DNA of 64,000 nucleotides from Chara braunii. Taxonomy: Eukaryota; Plantae; Charophyceae. The position numbers and the translations under genes were made by a program. The notes below the pieces were generated by a model that ran no database searches, had not been told where the DNA came from, and saw only the letters and a list, made by a program, of their open reading frames with translations. This document shows, in pieces, positions 47,162-61,228 of the stretch; position 1 is the stretch's first letter, and each line of letters starts with the position of its first letter. Location: NCBI GenBank assembly GCA_003427395.1, contig BFEA01000008.1:266969-330968 (forward strand), in the 5' to 3' direction.

Positions 47162-48183
47162 AGCGCACCCTCCTCCCGACCCAAACTCTGGCCGATTGGC
47201 GCGACGCTCAAGGGGAGACAATAGCTGGGCGACATAATCTGAAGGACGAAATGAAGGATGGAAGATGGGTGAACCTAACGAGTGATGACGCCGACTTCAA
47301 GCATGTTGAAAGGAGGATTGACAACGATCTCAATCAGCAATGCTGATTCGTGTAAGGCTATCCATATCGGAACATAGAGAATGACCTGTGGCGTTAGCCA
47401 TAGACAGGCCATCCACCCCCACACTCCTTACTATGCAAGGATGAACCGCCGTTGTGACGGTGCAGCCAGCGACATTGATGCCTGCCCGATGTAAATTGCT
47501 GCCAAGGTAAATGTCGCAAACAAACTACGGTACATTTCGGAAGTATACGAACATATCTTGACAGGTGCAGGGCATGCCATGTATACAACATCGAAGACCT
47601 GCCCCAGACTCCATAAATGATACTGCTTCCCGTAGAAGTGGTGAATGACGAGTATGGTCAACTTCTACAAACTTAAGAATGATTGCAATTTTACACTCTC
47701 ATTCATAGTAGGAAGGACATGATGGGTTGCTGTTGGCCCCTCAGGGCGTATCAGCCCCGTGGCGTTTCTGTCAGAATCCAAAAGTGAAATAAGGGGGAAA
47801 AAAAAAAACAAAGAAATGAATCTCAAAGAAGAAGAAAAAAAATGAAACATGAATTTGGCCCTGAAATTAGTTAGATACATTTGTCTGTGTGCAAGTGTGA
47901 GTATGCCCTCAACGACGGCTGTTCAATATATCACGGGATATGCCCTGCCTCACGGGCAGGGGAATCTAAGAAAAATGAAAACAAAACAAAAGCAGGAAAA
48001 ATAGACATCCACAATCTACCTGAAATACCAGTTAGAAGCATTCCACCAAGAACAGACGTGAGCACAACCTCGCGCAACTTACAAAGTATTCTTTTTTTTT
48101 TTTTTGGTTCTTTCCTTTCTAAGTCCCAATTCTCAGCGACCGGCCGTTCATGTGAACGACCCCCCTCAAATATGGCGCGTTAA

Positions 48184-48612
<429 letters not shown>

Positions 48613-48899
48613 GTGTGTGTGTGCGGGCGGGGGTGGGTGGCCCGATGAACAAATTTCGCGCCGCGCAAAACGACGAAAGAGGCACGAAAACGACGAACGG
48701 AAAAGAAGAAAAAATAAAATAAAATGCGCGTTGCGGGTAACAACGAATGAAAAAGAGGAAAAAAAATCCGCGCTGCGAAAACGACGCTCAGCGATAGCGA
48801 GGGAGGCAGCGAGGGAGGCACTTTGAGGTCCAAATATTGGGGATGTGATGCTGCTTTGTCCATACTACCTTCATCAAGGACAGGAAGAGAGACAACAAT

Positions 48900-51800
48900 G
48901 ACTACATGAAGATGTGGCATGGATGGATAGACGAGACGTCATGCGTCAGGAACAGCACAGGCTCAGTCATGCGCAGGAAAAAAACTAGAAGTATCCTGTT
49001 GGACAATTCACACAACATAACAACAGAAGCAACACGAAGTCCAAAGTTACAAAATGTCGCTCACTCATAACTGATACATGCTAAGCGGGTGGAGCACACA
49101 AACTTTACCAGAGATGAAGAAGACATGGTGCAGCGGAGGAAAGCAAGGACCCACAGGAGACAGGGAGGGAGACACTGATGCACAATGACACCACGCCGAA
49201 CAAGATAGGAGCAAGTGGTGATGGTCGGAGGAAGCATGTGTCTGCTGCAGTCTTCAACAGCAGCATACATAGTCCACCGCACAACAACAACAAGGTGTTG
49301 GAATCACAACCAGCAGGGAGTCGCCCTGATGTGTTGTTAGAAACTCCTTGCAACAGGTCCAAGAGACGCATGAGCTCGGGAGAGGAAAAGCAACAGCCCA
49401 TCCAGGGTGACACTGGTATCAGTGAGAGATGGAGTGGCTTACCAATCCCCTCAAAGATGGGAACCAAAGCTCACGCCCCAAATCACGAAACCGAAGCTCA
49501 CACCCCAAATCACAACTATGTTGTCCCGGACCCCTCCCTTGCAAGGAGATTTTGACGAGAACCTCGTTAACCTTCTTAGATGTGCTGCCACGATGAGAAC
49601 AGCAGGATCCATAGAATCACCAAGGACAGTAACACGTTATTGCTGATAGGGAAGCGGCACAACACAAGGTGTCACTCTCAAGAGCTCACTTGCCAACAAT
49701 GCCGCATGGACGAATGAACCATCCTGTATCTCGCCTCCAGGCCAAGTACCAGACAGGCAGCAAGAGCACGGGCGGACCATGTCATAATGGAGGGTCTGCA
49801 GGGCAAAAGTATCCAGATGGATAGGTCCCAACTGACGCTGAAAAAGTTGCAGCAATGCTGGACAGCAAGGAAAGTTATGCATACCCACTGGTGCTATGCT
49901 GAGATGTCAAGAGCCTCGCGACTGCCATTGGGATGCAGGCAGATACTGACAATCAACATGGTGAGGTTACCAGGATAGTCGGGGATCATAAAGGAGGTGA
50001 CACATAGGTTGCACCCTTCTTTTAAAGCTGTTGTGCCCGTGCCGCTCTCTGCGGCAAGGATACCGTTTGTCACTTAGACAGGGTTAGAATTCTTGATGGT
50101 CCTTTTCTTTGTAGGGGTGCAACCAGAGGGAACCTCAGTTACTGGACGAGTGTCACCGGCTATGTTACTGCAAGTGGGAGAGGTACCCTCACAACTACCG
50201 CATTGTGCATGGTACTGCTGCAGAAGTTCTTGGCAAGGTGTAACTATTCCCGGTGAATGCTAGGTTCGACTCTCACAGCCTCAGGCTGAAAAAGGGCCCA
50301 TGGGCCAAAATGTAGACTAGAGATATGATGGCGGGTAGAATAGGATGGATGGTGGATAGCTTAGGATGTAAATACGCGTACATACATGTAGAATAGTACA
50401 CACATCGCCTATAGAATAGAGGTGGGGTTCCGAGACTGTTCCCTATTGGAACTTTACGTGCGAGGGCTCTCATGGAATGTTTTGAGGAGGGCACAACAGG
50501 TGAAAATAAGAATGGTTTGAGAGAATGGTTTGAGAGAAAAAAGGCGGACGTGTTGTGCCTGCAAGAGACAAAATTAGATGAGGCAAGGGTCTGTCAGTTG
50601 ACTATTTGGTGGAAGGGCTGGCACATTTGGGCTCCAGCAAATGGAACCAAGGGTGGTGCTGCTATACTGGTATCTCTGAAGTGGGAATTGCATGATTTGT
50701 TCACGGATACCAAAGGCAGATGGGCATGGGTCAGCCTGCAGAATGATGAACAGAGACTTCTATTGATGACAGGACCGGAATTTGACCAGACAATAGTCTC
50801 AGGGTATTGTAAACACAGTATGTTACATGCGGATTCAGTTGCATTGCAGAACTGCAACGGTCTCCGTACAGTTGGTCGATTTATTGTCATACATTTAGGG
50901 CTATTCCCGGCTCAGCCATTTTGTGCAACAAGAAGCAGACTTGACCAAATATGGTTAGATGAGCACTCGACCACATTAACGACTGAAGTGGGTTGTCTGC
51001 ACACAGCCAATGCCGGTCACAAGATGGCGTACCTATCCCTGGTGGTGGATGGGCAAGAAACGAAAACAGAACCGACGCTGTCCCTCTTGCTGTGGTGTTT
51101 GAAACATAAGCTATACAAGGCATTGATGGAGCAACACTGATGACATTGGTTGGAGGCTTGGAGCCTAAGCCAGAGCAGGATTCGTGTCTGCGGTGGCTGA
51201 CACAAGGCAACACAGTGCTGGTCAGAATAATGCAAACAAGGTTTTCTGCTCCAGACTGGCGAACAGGAACATGGGCAAGGAATATGCCACGTCAATGGTA
51301 GAAATGGGAGATGGACCATGCCCAGATGACGACCCAGCTGAATGGTGGGCACCCAAGTGCGAACTACAACAATCATTGGAGTGGCAACATCAGGAAACAA
51401 CGGTATGGCCGAGAAGATCAGGAAACAAAGGTATGTCAGGCATATTCTTTGCTGTGCTCATAAGAGAGAGAGACATTCAGGAAATGCACGAACTGCATGC
51501 TACCCAGAGCTATTGTCCAACATGCAGAAGTCTACTATGGGTAGCTTTTGCCGATGATGCAGGTTTGGAACAACGGCAGGCGATGTGCAGTATCCGGGAA
51601 CAGGTCTGGAATCGTGCCAAAAAGCTTCAGCGAGGCAAATTGACACAGGCCCTTGTTGCACCAACAATTCTTCAAGAAATTGATAGGGCCATGCAAGACC
51701 TTCCTATGGGGAAGGCTGTTGGAATCAATGAGATACCGAGATGAATCACAACATCAAGAACCTCATGGGCCCATTTCTGACAGAGGTGTTCAATGAGGTA

Positions 51801-54800
51801 TTGCAACACCGTACGTTGCCAAAGAACTTTGTCGCCGCCTTTACCGCCTTTTTTTATGAAAAAGGAGAGTGCAGACATCCGAAACTGGCAATTTCTTTCC
51901 GAGCTGCGTAAAATTTTTGCGAAGTTTTTGCAGAGCTGTTGCGGAGGTCCTACCAGAACTGGTCCATACAACACTAATTGGATTCATGCTAAGGCGATGG
52001 ACAATGACCAAAATCCGGTTGGCTAAGATGGTTTGGAGAAGCTGGGGTCGCCGGCCCTGCAGGATTCAACGAAACATACACGAGAGTTCAATCGTCTTTC
52101 TTGCCTGAAGGGATGGCTGCAGATCAATGGCGCCAGGTTGGAAGTGATCGCCATCACAAGATCGGTCAGGCAGGGATGCGCGCTCTCCCCGTGCTGCACA
52201 TTCTCTAGGCTGAGCATATGAACGAGCTGATGAGGTCGGATGAAGAGCTTCAAGCCATACAAATACCAGATTGACCAGATCTCAAATCCTCTGCTTTTGC
52301 AGATGACTTGGATCCATACTTCTGCATGCAACTTCCAACAGCTGAGACACATCGTAACGAAGTTTGAAGGAGTGTCAGGAGCCAGGGTCAGCCGCCAGAA
52401 CAGCTGAAGAATTTTGAAGGAGTGTCGGCTGGCAGAACAGTTAAAGAATTCCGGGCTCCAGAATACTGCTAATTGGAAGGAGTGCAACAGGGAACACAAA
52501 TGTGACTCCTGGGTGTGATGTCGGGGGATAACACAAATGTGACTCCTGGGTGTGATGTCGGTGGATGACCAAACAGTCATTGGACAGCATGATGATGTTT
52601 ACGTCAAAATTATTGCCAAAATGAAGAGCTCGGGGAAGGCAATCAAAACGGGAGTCCGGGGGAGACCCATCATTGCCAGTAATTCGGTCTTATCCTTGAT
52701 ATGGTACGTCTCCAAACTCGGACCTCCCACGAAGATGCTGAGGGTCGTGCGCACAGCGCCCTCACGATATCTATGGGTGAATACTCCTACTTCCACCACA
52801 ACAATTCCGCGGGTGGCCTGAATCAACCTTATACAGCTGCGGGCCGAAGGAGGACTTGTGGTTTTGGACCCGGCATGCCAAAACCAGGATACATTGTATG
52901 GCTTTTGATGGCAGATCTCAACGACACTTGGGTGGTCATGTCATTGGATAGTATCGCAGACGCAATTAGAGTGAAGAGACAGCATGTAATTACTTGCCTG
53001 CTCCCAGTAGATGCTGTCCAGTAGCAGGCAAGGACCAGTCTCAAGCTACACAGAAGATAGCCAATCACCAAACAACAGATCCTTAATCAAACCTGGTGAA
53101 ACACATTTTGAGACCAGCAGATAGAGAAGGAGCAGATCCTGCTCAGCTTCCATTCCAGCTCGCAGCATAAACTCAGGGCAATCAAGGATGTGATCTCACC
53201 ACCATTGCACAGAAGGGGAGATTGGTGGAAAGGAGGATGGGGCAGCACCACTGACGATCACTGGAGATTGGAGTAGATACTACCGAGTGGAGATCTCCTG
53301 GTTTCTTCCTGGAAACCGATGCTTCAGGGCAGCCCCGTCCCACTTGTCAGGCATGAAGCACTGCTGCTAAGAGTTCCAGCATGCAACTGCAGCCAGCAGT
53401 AGTCATGATGGAGGGGGCGCAGCAAGCCAATGAGGTCTATGTACCTTTTGCCACTGCATGTCCAGTGGTGGATGCCTGGTTGACCCCACTGAGTGGGAAT
53501 GGACAGCCAAGCTCTCACAGCGAAGACCGCTGGCGATCTACCAGGTCACCACAAAGGTGATTCACCGCTCACCAACTTCTGAGTACCACATCTCCAGCGA
53601 ACTGCAACTCCGGTAGTGGAAGAAAGGGTGGATCTCAGATGCACAGAAAACCAGATGGACAGAAGGGGCATTCAAGGAACTCCTTTTTTTTTCTTTTTTT
53701 TTTTTGAACTCAGGTTCCAATCTATTCGTGGGGAGCATCATGTGCTGAGAAACGGGCTCAGCGTCTCTTATGGGATTCATAGGTGGAAGTTCGAGAGAAA
53801 ACATGAGCATGAAGCCAGCAGAGAAAAAAACACTATGCTGGAAACCGGGTCCAGTGTCCCATGCCTTTGACTAATCTGCGACATATAACTGGGGGTCTGC
53901 CTCTGCATCCATCTCGCTGGATGCCAGATCCTGCGCAGAAAGCTGGAAGCCCCCCTAACCCATGCCCTGGCTCGGATACCGGCAGGAGCCATTGGGGGGC
54001 ACCAGTGGCTCCTCCTTCCGTCTCCTTGCCCCTCCCTAGATTCTCCTAGCTCTGTGCTATCTTCTTTTGGGGAGCGACACGTGCTGGGAAACCGGTCCAG
54101 CGTCCCTTATCAGATTGATACAGGAAACCCTTACAGGAAAACAGCAAGAAAGGCTGCCAGCATTGACTGAGCAGCCAGAGCACCATGGAACAATGTCTGA
54201 GAAATACTTCGAGATAAGGGGCCAAAAGCCAGGCCAGTACCCCCCCTCCCACCCTCCTGCTATACCCAAGGCACGTCCATGAGGCAATCGAGGTGCCGGG
54301 GGGCACCAGCAAACCCCTGCTCCCCATTGCCAGCCTATACCCTTCCTACAATCCGATTGGGAGAAGTCCATGAGCACCTCACAGTGGGGCTCTAGCTGGC
54401 GTGTCATTCAACCGATGTCCAATACTTCCGCTAGCGATAAAGGATGGGGCGGAAAAGGATCCAGGAAGTCCGACGCCGGCCGGATTGCCATGTCGGGGTC
54501 GAGCGTTGTCCAGTCCTTGAAGGTTAACTGGTAGTCCCTTATCAAAACAGTCCCAGTGGGTTCCTGTGCTTCTCCGGGCTGCTGTGCCGGCTGAGGGCTG
54601 TCCCCCGACCAGGTCACCTCGGACTCAACCCCCCCCCTTCCCGCCCAGCCACTTTTCACAGTTGATGATCCGGTTGATGTCCTTCTTGCCATGCACTGTT
54701 TCCATCTTCAGCCTAGCTGCCAGCCATTAGTTGGTGATCTCTGCCTGGAAGATATGCCGAACCATCTCTGATGTCTCCCCTTCTACTACACTTGCCTCCT

Positions 54801-56900
54801 CCATCTCCATGAGCACCTCCCCAGCTGTAGCATGTTTCTTCTAAAGGTGTCCTCTTGCCCCCCAAGGCCATGCCCAGTTAAGAGGGCTCACCAGTCCCAT
54901 GGCCAGCAGTTGCCCGGGACTATCTGCCTCCATACTCTATCCCACCGTCACCACATCACCACCGCTGCAGGACACTGCAAAAAGGTGTGCTCGATAGTTT
55001 CTGGGCTCTTCCTTGATGGGTAGCCCTGTAAGCATTTCTTGCACCATGGGATCGCCCGTCCTTGCTGTTAGAGGCTCGTGTGATCAATCAACCAATTATT
55101 GGTTGGCAGGCACCGGTGAACGATCTGCCACTGCAGCGAGGATTTTTTTGCCGGACGCCGCTTGGACTCTTGAAACCACATAATGGGCTGAAGGAGCTGT
55201 CGATCTACATGCAGGTGGTGTGGCCACCTACCAATGACCACCTCCCTCAACTCCCGCTTTGTCCTGAGCATACAGTAGACGGATTTCACTTTTAAGTTTG
55301 CCAGGGTTAGGGGTTTGGGCCCCCTCGGGCTTGTGTGTCTACCCCGGTTCCATTGGCACTCCTCAGGATCCAGGGGCAGGTCCACGCGGATTCGTTGGAG
55401 AGAAAACCTTCCTGTCATCCCCCTCCTTAGTACCCTGATACGATAGACGTTCTTCTTTCTCCTCCCAAGTAAAAGGCTGTGGAACTTACCTGCCTCATCA
55501 CTCAAATTCTGAACAAGAATCAGGTTGGCCTTCTTTGGCTGATGGTGCATGTGGCTGTCGCGACTGCACATTGGCAAGTGGCAAGATCCAAACACAAGGA
55601 CGAGACCTGCGCATTGTGTGACCAAAAATTAAAGACTCTGCCACACCTGTTTGCACATTGCCCACTTGTGACAGCATTTTGGGATTTGGCAGGAAGCACT
55701 GACAGTGAAGCACCCATTATCCTATCAAGAAGCAAACAGTGCAGACAAAATGCTGGGCTCCCTGCTAACCGCTCCTAGTTGCACAGATGGCCACTTGGTG
55801 AACAAGGAGCCATGGTACATGCGGGAGACTGTCAGAGGGGGCAATGCTGGGCCATTCGGGCACTGATATACGAGGCTCAGGCAACGGGAGAATGGTGATC
55901 ACCTGCCACTGATGACTGTTGTCCCGGAGAGCTTCAAAAGGCATCATCTTCGTTGATAGCAGGAGAGATAACGGCAGGTTTCCCTAATCCCGGATGTTAT
56001 TCCCTGATCTGCTCATCCAACAGCAAGCCCCGTCGATGNTCATCTTCGTTGATAGCAGGAGAGATAACGGCAGGTTTCCCTAATCCCGGATGTTATTCCC
56101 TGATCTGCTCATCCAACAGCAAGCCCCGTCGATGAGGCTCAGGCAACAGGAGAATGGTGATCACCTGCCACTGATCACTGTTGTCCTGGAGAGCTTCAAA
56201 AGGCGTCATCTTCGTTGATAGCAGGAGAGATAACGGCAGGTTTCCCTAATCCCGGATGTTATTCCCTGATCTGCTCATCCAACAGCAAGCCCCGTTGATG
56301 GCCTCGCAGAGATCGCCAGAACGTTTAATGTCAGAACAGCAGACCAGATCTTAGGAGGGACAGTCCGGGGCATCATCGGCGGTGGCCCACACCCACGTCC
56401 ACTCTGAGGCCACAACAGAAGTGCCAGAACAGCAGGCGCTATCTTAGGAGGACCCACCCGGAACCTCGTCGTCTGCAGGCCACAACCACATCTCCTCTCA
56501 AGTCAGGAGAGAGGCGAGGGCCTAGCTGGGCGCATTGCTTGGAAATCTAGACGTTCAGGAGAAAGGAACGCTGTGGCATGGCTGCTTAGTTATACAACAA
56601 AAATAACATATGCTGTGTTACTTTGTAGTTACGCTGTACCATAAGCCCCAATTAGATGGCAACAGGTTTTGTGTTTCTTTTCCTTTTTCCTGTTTCTCTC
56701 GTTCAGTACAGTGTAAGTAGAAATGGGCTTGTGGCCCACAACGAGGAAAACATTATAAACATGGAAAACGGGGTACATTGTGAATACTAGATATTAGATA
56801 TATATAGACATAGAGTACTTGGGATAATGGGCACGGTTGAACAGGATGATCGATAGAATAGGGTAAATGCTGGGAACATTGGAAAACAGATGATGAGCGG
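48900..56900 (+). mobile_element. Decayed L1/Tx1-type LINE
   Basis: APE (DVLCLQETK, GTKGGAAIL, SRLDQIW) at 50440-51030. RT (KAVGINEIP, RSVRQGCALSP, FADD at 52296-52307). zf-RVT CALC...HLFAHC at ~55607-55660, after a nested insertion. Outer limits are approximate. Confidence 0.88.
53684..55470 (-). mobile_element. 5'-truncated LINE nested in the opposite orientation
   Basis: Minus-strand WQIVHRCLPTNNWL and PWCKKC...ETIEHTFLQC, three tail-core copies (54068, 53836, 53720), and poly(T) at 53684-53705. Confidence 0.8.
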
Positions 56901-58463
56901 TGATGGGCTAATGTGGCCTTGGCTCTTTCTACGATGCACTCCACTCTGGGACAGGGGGGTGGATGAACAATAAAGGCCTGGTACCCGAGTGATTTCTTTC
57001 CTGTTGCTCACCGACCCCAGTGGCACCACCTNNNNNNNNNNNNNNNNNNNNNNNNNNNNNNNNNNNNNNNNNNNNNNNNNNNNNNNNNNNNNNNNNNNNN
57101 NNNNNNNNNNNNNNNNNNNNNNNNNNNNNNNNNNNNNNNNNNNNNNNNNNNNNNNNNNNNNNNNNNNNNNNNNNNNNNNNNNNNNNNNNNNNNNNNNNNN
57201 NNNNNNNNNNNNNNNNNNNNNNNNNNNNNNNNNNNNNNNNNNNNNNNNNNNNNNNNNNNNNNNNNNNNNNNNNNNNNNNNNNNNNNNNNNNNNNNNNNNN
57301 NNNNNNNNNNNNNNNNNNNNNNNNNNNNNNNNNNNNNNNNNNNNNNNNNNNNNNNNNNNNNNNNNNNNNNNNNNNNNNNNNNNNNNNNNNNNNNNNNNNN
57401 NNNNNNNNNNNNNNNNNNNNNNNNNNNNNNNNNNNNNNNNNNNNNNNNNNNNNNNNNNNNNNNNNNNNNNNNNNNNNNNNNNNNNNNNNNNNNNNNNNNN
57501 NNNNNNNNNNNNNNNNNNNNNNNNNNNNNNNNNNNNNNNNNNNNNNNNNNNNNNNNNNNNNNNNNNNNNNNNNNNNNNNNNNNNNNNNNNNTGTTGGCAA
57601 AGGATATCTCCGTTGTTCGGGCTGTTGATCAATCGTTGCAGCATAAGCCTGTAACATTGAATCCACCTCTGAAGTCCCCCTCAACATTGTGTGTTCTTTT
57701 TTTTCCATCCTTTTTAGCATCAGATGTCAGAACCACTCCTGTGGGCAAGATCAGAATGGATGTTGATTCTTTTGTACTGAATGTTCGAAGAGCCTGAATT
57801 TTGCTGGGCTATCTTTTCCAGTGTGCATCATCCTAAGTAAGGTAATAGGGTCATAGCAGGTTCCTCTTTCCTGCTTTTTAGTTGGTCAGCGAGGTAAAAT
57901 TCTGTCCAGTTATTTCCTTAATGTTGGGAAAACGAAAGGAAAGAGGTCATTTTTTAGGTGCTCCCAGAACTCCCTTGGGGAAGCATCAATGTTGAGGTGC
58001 TTCTCTGGGTCCATTTGGGTAAGGGCTACGAAAAGAGAATTTTCGCTGAATCAGGAATCTTGGTGTAGTAGGTCAGGAATCTTGGTGTAGTAGGTGGCCC
58101 CTCCATAACCAGGGATGTCAGTGCTATGTACAATTTAGGGTTGATTATCGCTTCTGTTCTGGGCCGAAGTTGTGGATGTGGACTGCGCCCCGGTTGTCTG
58201 GCCTGGTTCTGCATTCACTAAGCTAGCCAACCTAGTTGCAGGCTAGTGAAGCCATGTCCTTTTGCTGGCTCAACCTGGCTGGCTTGTTCCTCCTTGTTCA
58301 GGACTCCCATTGTAAATACGTCATTTGTCAGGTGCACTTTAATTTTTGGGGTGTTTACGACTGAGAGTTGTGGGCTTGAAACACCCATTTTATCAGGTAC
58401 ACTGAGCCCCAACAGATCGCCCGGCTGGTTGAGTTGTTATACTGCTATAGTTTGTTTAGCCTA

Positions 58464-58568
58464 CCGTCTTCACCCGAAGAGAACCACCGGTCATTATAGC
58501 TGTATTTGGCACAGCTTTCAGCCCAGATACGGCAATAATTACCGGGCGTTCTATTCGGGTGAAGACGG
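58464..58568. mobile_element. 105-bp pogo/Tc2-type MITE
   Basis: TA-CCGTCTTCACCCGAA...TTCGGGTGAAGACGG-TA. Confidence 0.85.
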
Positions 58569-58730
58569 TAGTTGACATCACACACAGGCGGGTGTCGAAT
58601 GCACACTGTACACACCACACTTTGGCTCTTCCGGTGCATCCACATTTGATGTCAGGCATCTCGAAAATGACTGACAAGCTCACAAACGAAGTGGGGTGAT
58701 GGATGGACTCGAGGTTGAGTGTGTACGATG

Positions 58731-58852
58731 ACAAGGGCCTGTCCGTACTGTGGCCTGCATAATCGGCGAGAGCAATGGCGTGTTCGTACTGTGGCCTACG
58801 TAATCGGCGAGAGCAAGGGCCTATCCGTACTGTGGCCTGGGTAATCGGCGAG
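58731..58852. repeat. Three ~41-bp tandem repeats
   Basis: CAAGGGCCTGTCCGTACTGTGGCCTGCATAATCGGCGAGAG x3. Confidence 0.85.
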
Positions 58853-58981
58853 TTGTCGTTGGGATGGGTGGAGAAGTTGATGATTGAGTGTTAATTTAAT
58901 TCATTGGTTCCTCTTTCCAGAATTTTTGCAGTCACTTGTGATCTGTGATGTACTGTTCTTTCGTTCATTCATGTTTGCAAG

Positions 58982-59013
<32 letters not shown>

Positions 59014-59288
59014 AACATTGTTCTGGGTCGAAGCTCGTTGATGAATGTCTTGTATGTGTTGAATGGGATGTGAGAGAAGCTGAACAGGCGAGGTGCCAGC
59101 CTCTTCCGTCCAGTAGGCCTGACCTGCAATTTTGCAGCCGGTTAACCTGCGCATACAAACGAAATAGCTGTGGACTGGACAGGTGGGTTAAGCATTGGGG
59201 GCCGTCACCTCTAGATCAGTGTGAGGTTTGTCCTTCACACTCTTTGGTTTGGGGTCCATTTATCTTTGGGCTGCATGGTGAAGGAGCC

Positions 59289-59291
<3 letters not shown>

Positions 59292-59366
<75 letters not shown>

Positions 59367-59369
59367 GAA

Positions 59370-59433
<64 letters not shown>
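59292..59433. repeat. GA microsatellite (others at 2242, 2605, 2669, 10229, 29370, 58980, 63788-64000)
   Basis: Direct inspection. Confidence 0.95.
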
Positions 59434-59438
<5 letters not shown>

Positions 59439-59599
59439 CTTCTCGTCTCCTCCTTATTTGAGACTTGGACAACGGGAGCTTTTTGTGGTTTGGCTATCGC
59501 TGTCTGCAACATTGTGCATGCTTGCCGGTGATGAGCACCGGACTGATGCCCCCCAGAAGAGATGAAAAGAAAAGAAAAGAAAAGAAACGATAAACTTAA

Positions 59600-59759
59600 A
59601 CCACCAGTACCTTTCCCATGTATCGACTGTGGGCTGAAAAAAAGGCCCGAAACGGAAGACAGGCCGCCAATTCAATTTATCAACGGTGGCCCAATCCTGC
59701 TTGGCTTCCGCGTTACCCGGTGCTGAAGTGATTTTCAAACGGGGAAAGGTACTGGTGGT
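59600..59759. mobile_element. 160-bp TTAA-flanked MITE
   Basis: TTAA-ACCACCAGTACCTTTCCC...GGGAAAGGTACTGGTGGT-TTAA. Confidence 0.88.
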
Positions 59760-60714
59760 TTAAATAAAGCAATGCTGAAACGGACAAACCAATGGTATGA
59801 AGAAAAGAAATGAGAAGAATGTAGAGTGCCCTAGGTCCAATGATCCCTAGCAGCAAAGGTGCAGCCTTGGCTGTTGAGAACAGTATGCAGGCCGTAGGTT
59901 AGGTGTGGCAATGTTCCTGACATGCCACAATGAGGAACCAAGTATCCAATGACTGTTTTGAACCATTTGATGCCCTTTCTTGTATATGGTGTAGAGAGCA
60001 ACAGCCTATAGGCTTTTGCTGATCAGAGCAATGGCTTGGTCGATTTCGTAATACCAATGACAAAAATCTCAAGGCCTTTTCTGGGATATGTAATGGCGAT
60101 GTGTACCAGAAATCTGTGATTCTGTACCAGTGTGCCATGATGTGAGTTGGTGGTCTTTGTTCTGCCTTTCCGGCCCTGTGTTTGATGGGCATCCTTGAGG
60201 AAATCAGCAAGCCGGGAACGTGTAGTCAGATCAGGCATCCGAGCGCTTTTGCATTGTGTCTGCATCGTGTCTGAACTCAGAGTTGGGTGGTTCTTCAGGC
60301 CTTGCAGGGAGCATCACAATTATCTGATAGGGAAATCCTCTGCAACACAAACAGGCAGATGAGATCTAGACTTACAGGTATGTCGTATACAAAGGCGGCC
60401 ATTGAGATGGGTAGCAGAGAGACAGGGTCATCTGTAGGCTCAAGTAATGACTTCTTTCTCTAAGTTTTCGAGCTTCCCAGACACCTGTCTCCTCTGACTC
60501 TTCTGTCAGTGATATGTATGTTGTCATGGCGGCAATGGCTCTCTTCTCTGTGTTTCACTGCTCCTTGGCGCTCTATCTCGGAGCAACACATCTGAGTCCT
60601 CCTTTTCGGTTTTAAAATGACTCAGCAGTCGCAAAGATTTCACGGGATACATAAGGCTTTGCTCAATCTGTTCGTTTTTCGTTTTTCCTTTTTCCGAGGG
60701 TTTTCCTTGCACTA

Positions 60715-60819
60715 CCGTCTTCACCCAAATAGAACACTCGGTCATTATAGCTGCATTTGGTCCAACTTTCAGTCCCGATACGGCAATAATTATTGGGCAT
60801 CCTATTGGGGTGAAGACGG
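60715..60819. mobile_element. 105-bp pogo/Tc2-type MITE
   Basis: Same TIRs and TA flanks as 58464. Confidence 0.85.
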
Positions 60820-61123
60820 TAGTTTATTCGCTTGCCTAACTATGAATGTGGGTAATTTTGAGTTTGATAGCGTTTTTTTTCTTTCTTCCATGCTACACAT
60901 TCGTTGTTTCCCCAAACAGAACTGCTCTTGCTCTGGGGAGATGGCACGTATGAAAGCACACCCAGACTTTTTGTTTCTCTTTTATGCGTCTGCCACGGGC
61001 AAACCACAGGCGTGCCCCTGACAGCTGAATATTTTGCTTCCTCCCTTCCTCAGATTTGGATGAACCTTCTGATGTGTCATGTGCAGGTGCTGATGAGGTC
61101 TCACCCATGTGTTGAGGATGCTA

Positions 61124-61228
61124 CCTTCTTCCCCCGAATACAACGGACGGTCATTATAGCTGTATTTGGCGCATCTCTCAGTCTAAATACAGCCATAATG
61201 ACCGTACGTTGTATTCTGGTGAAGAAAA
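61124..61228. mobile_element. 105-bp pogo/Tc2-type MITE (diverged subfamily)
   Basis: TA-flanked fold-back related to 27698. Confidence 0.7.

Noticed and set aside
58731-58852. CRISPR-like repeats
   Set aside because: Head-to-tail minisatellite with no unique spacers and no cas genes, in a eukaryotic context.
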